A stretch of DNA of 57,559 bases from the NCBI GenBank assembly GCA_946402415.1, contig CAMIWK010000001.1, positions 1-57,559 on the forward strand, given 5' to 3'. The notes beneath the pieces were generated by a model, which was not told where the DNA came from, did not search any database, and saw only the letters and a program-made list of their open reading frames with translations. Below, piece by piece: positions 57,112 to 57,559 of the stretch. The translations under genes and the position numbers were made by a program. Positions within the stretch are counted from its first letter, which is position 1. Every line of letters starts with the position of its first letter. Source of the DNA: an uncultured Fibrobacter sp. GTDB taxonomy: Bacteria; Fibrobacterota; Fibrobacteria; Fibrobacterales; Fibrobacteraceae.

Positions 57112-57559
57112 ATGTCCAAGATTGAAACTTTGTGCGTACAGGGCGGCTGGCAGCCGAAAAACGGCGAACCCCGTGTACTTCCCATCTACCAGAGCACCAC
57201 ATTCAAGTACGAGTCCAGCAACGCCATGGCCGACCTGTTCGACCTGAAGGCATCTGGCTATTTCTATACCCGTCTGCAGAACCCCACCAACGACGCCGTG
57301 GCGTCTAAGATCGCGGCTCTCGAGGGCGGTGTGGCTGCCATGCTCACCAGCTCCGGTCAGGCGGCGAACTTCTACGCCGTGTTCAACATCTGCGAAGCGG
57401 GCGACCACTTTGTGAGCACTTCCGCCATCTATGGCGGTACCAGCAACCTCTTTGCTGTGACCATGAAGAAGCTCGGCATCGAATGCACGTTTATTGACCA
57501 AGATGCCAGCGATGAAGAAATCGAGAAGGCCTTCCGCCCGAACACCAAGTGCCTCTTCG
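57112..57559 (+). CDS. metY: O-acetylhomoserine aminocarboxypropyltransferase/cysteine synthase (runs off the window edge)
   Basis: Not in the ORF track; translated by hand: MSKIETLCVQGG...PIYQSTTF...YTRLQNPT...AALEGG...SSGQAA...IYGGT; SD GAGG. Confidence 0.92.
   Translation, partial: MSKIETLCVQGGWQPKNGEPRVLPIYQSTTFKYESSNAMADLFDLKASGYFYTRLQNPTNDAVASKIAALEGGVAAMLTSSGQAANFYAVFNICEAGDHFVSTSAIYGGTSNLFAVTMKKLGIECTFIDQDASDEEIEKAFRPNTKCLF

Overview
Gene-dense bacterial chromosomal window, almost certainly from a Fibrobacter species. The evidence is a Fib_succ_major lipoprotein, GH9 and GH5 enzymes with Ser-rich linkers and C-terminal secretion-type tails, and a GLUG/InlB-B-repeat surface protein. 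About 46 CDS are supported: envelope and secretion genes, DinG plus a helicase-associated protein, a CE2-type esterase, a diguanylate cyclase, a membrane pyrophosphatase, ispA-dxs-trmH-pyrF, a GtrA/GT-C glycosylation locus, a Y-family polymerase cassette, two glycoside hydrolases, glk, a DEAD-box helicase, ktrBA, a reverse rubrerythrin, a lone nuoA and a partial metY. I found no tRNA, rRNA, CRISPR array, integrase, transposase or reverse transcriptase. The most notable signals are: (1) a strong excess of D-(S/T)-hydrophobic O-glycosylation sequons in exported proteins; (2) a TANNTT box 6-7 nt before many SD-less ATGs, implying leaderless mRNAs; (3) a secreted M6-like protease that has lost all its zinc ligands; (4) a lipid-linked sugar modification locus; (5) a 13-bp palindromic motif shared by the upstream regions of the two cellulase genes; (6) a family of YGTC-tagged REP hairpins. 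All calls come from reading motifs by eye; no database search was run.
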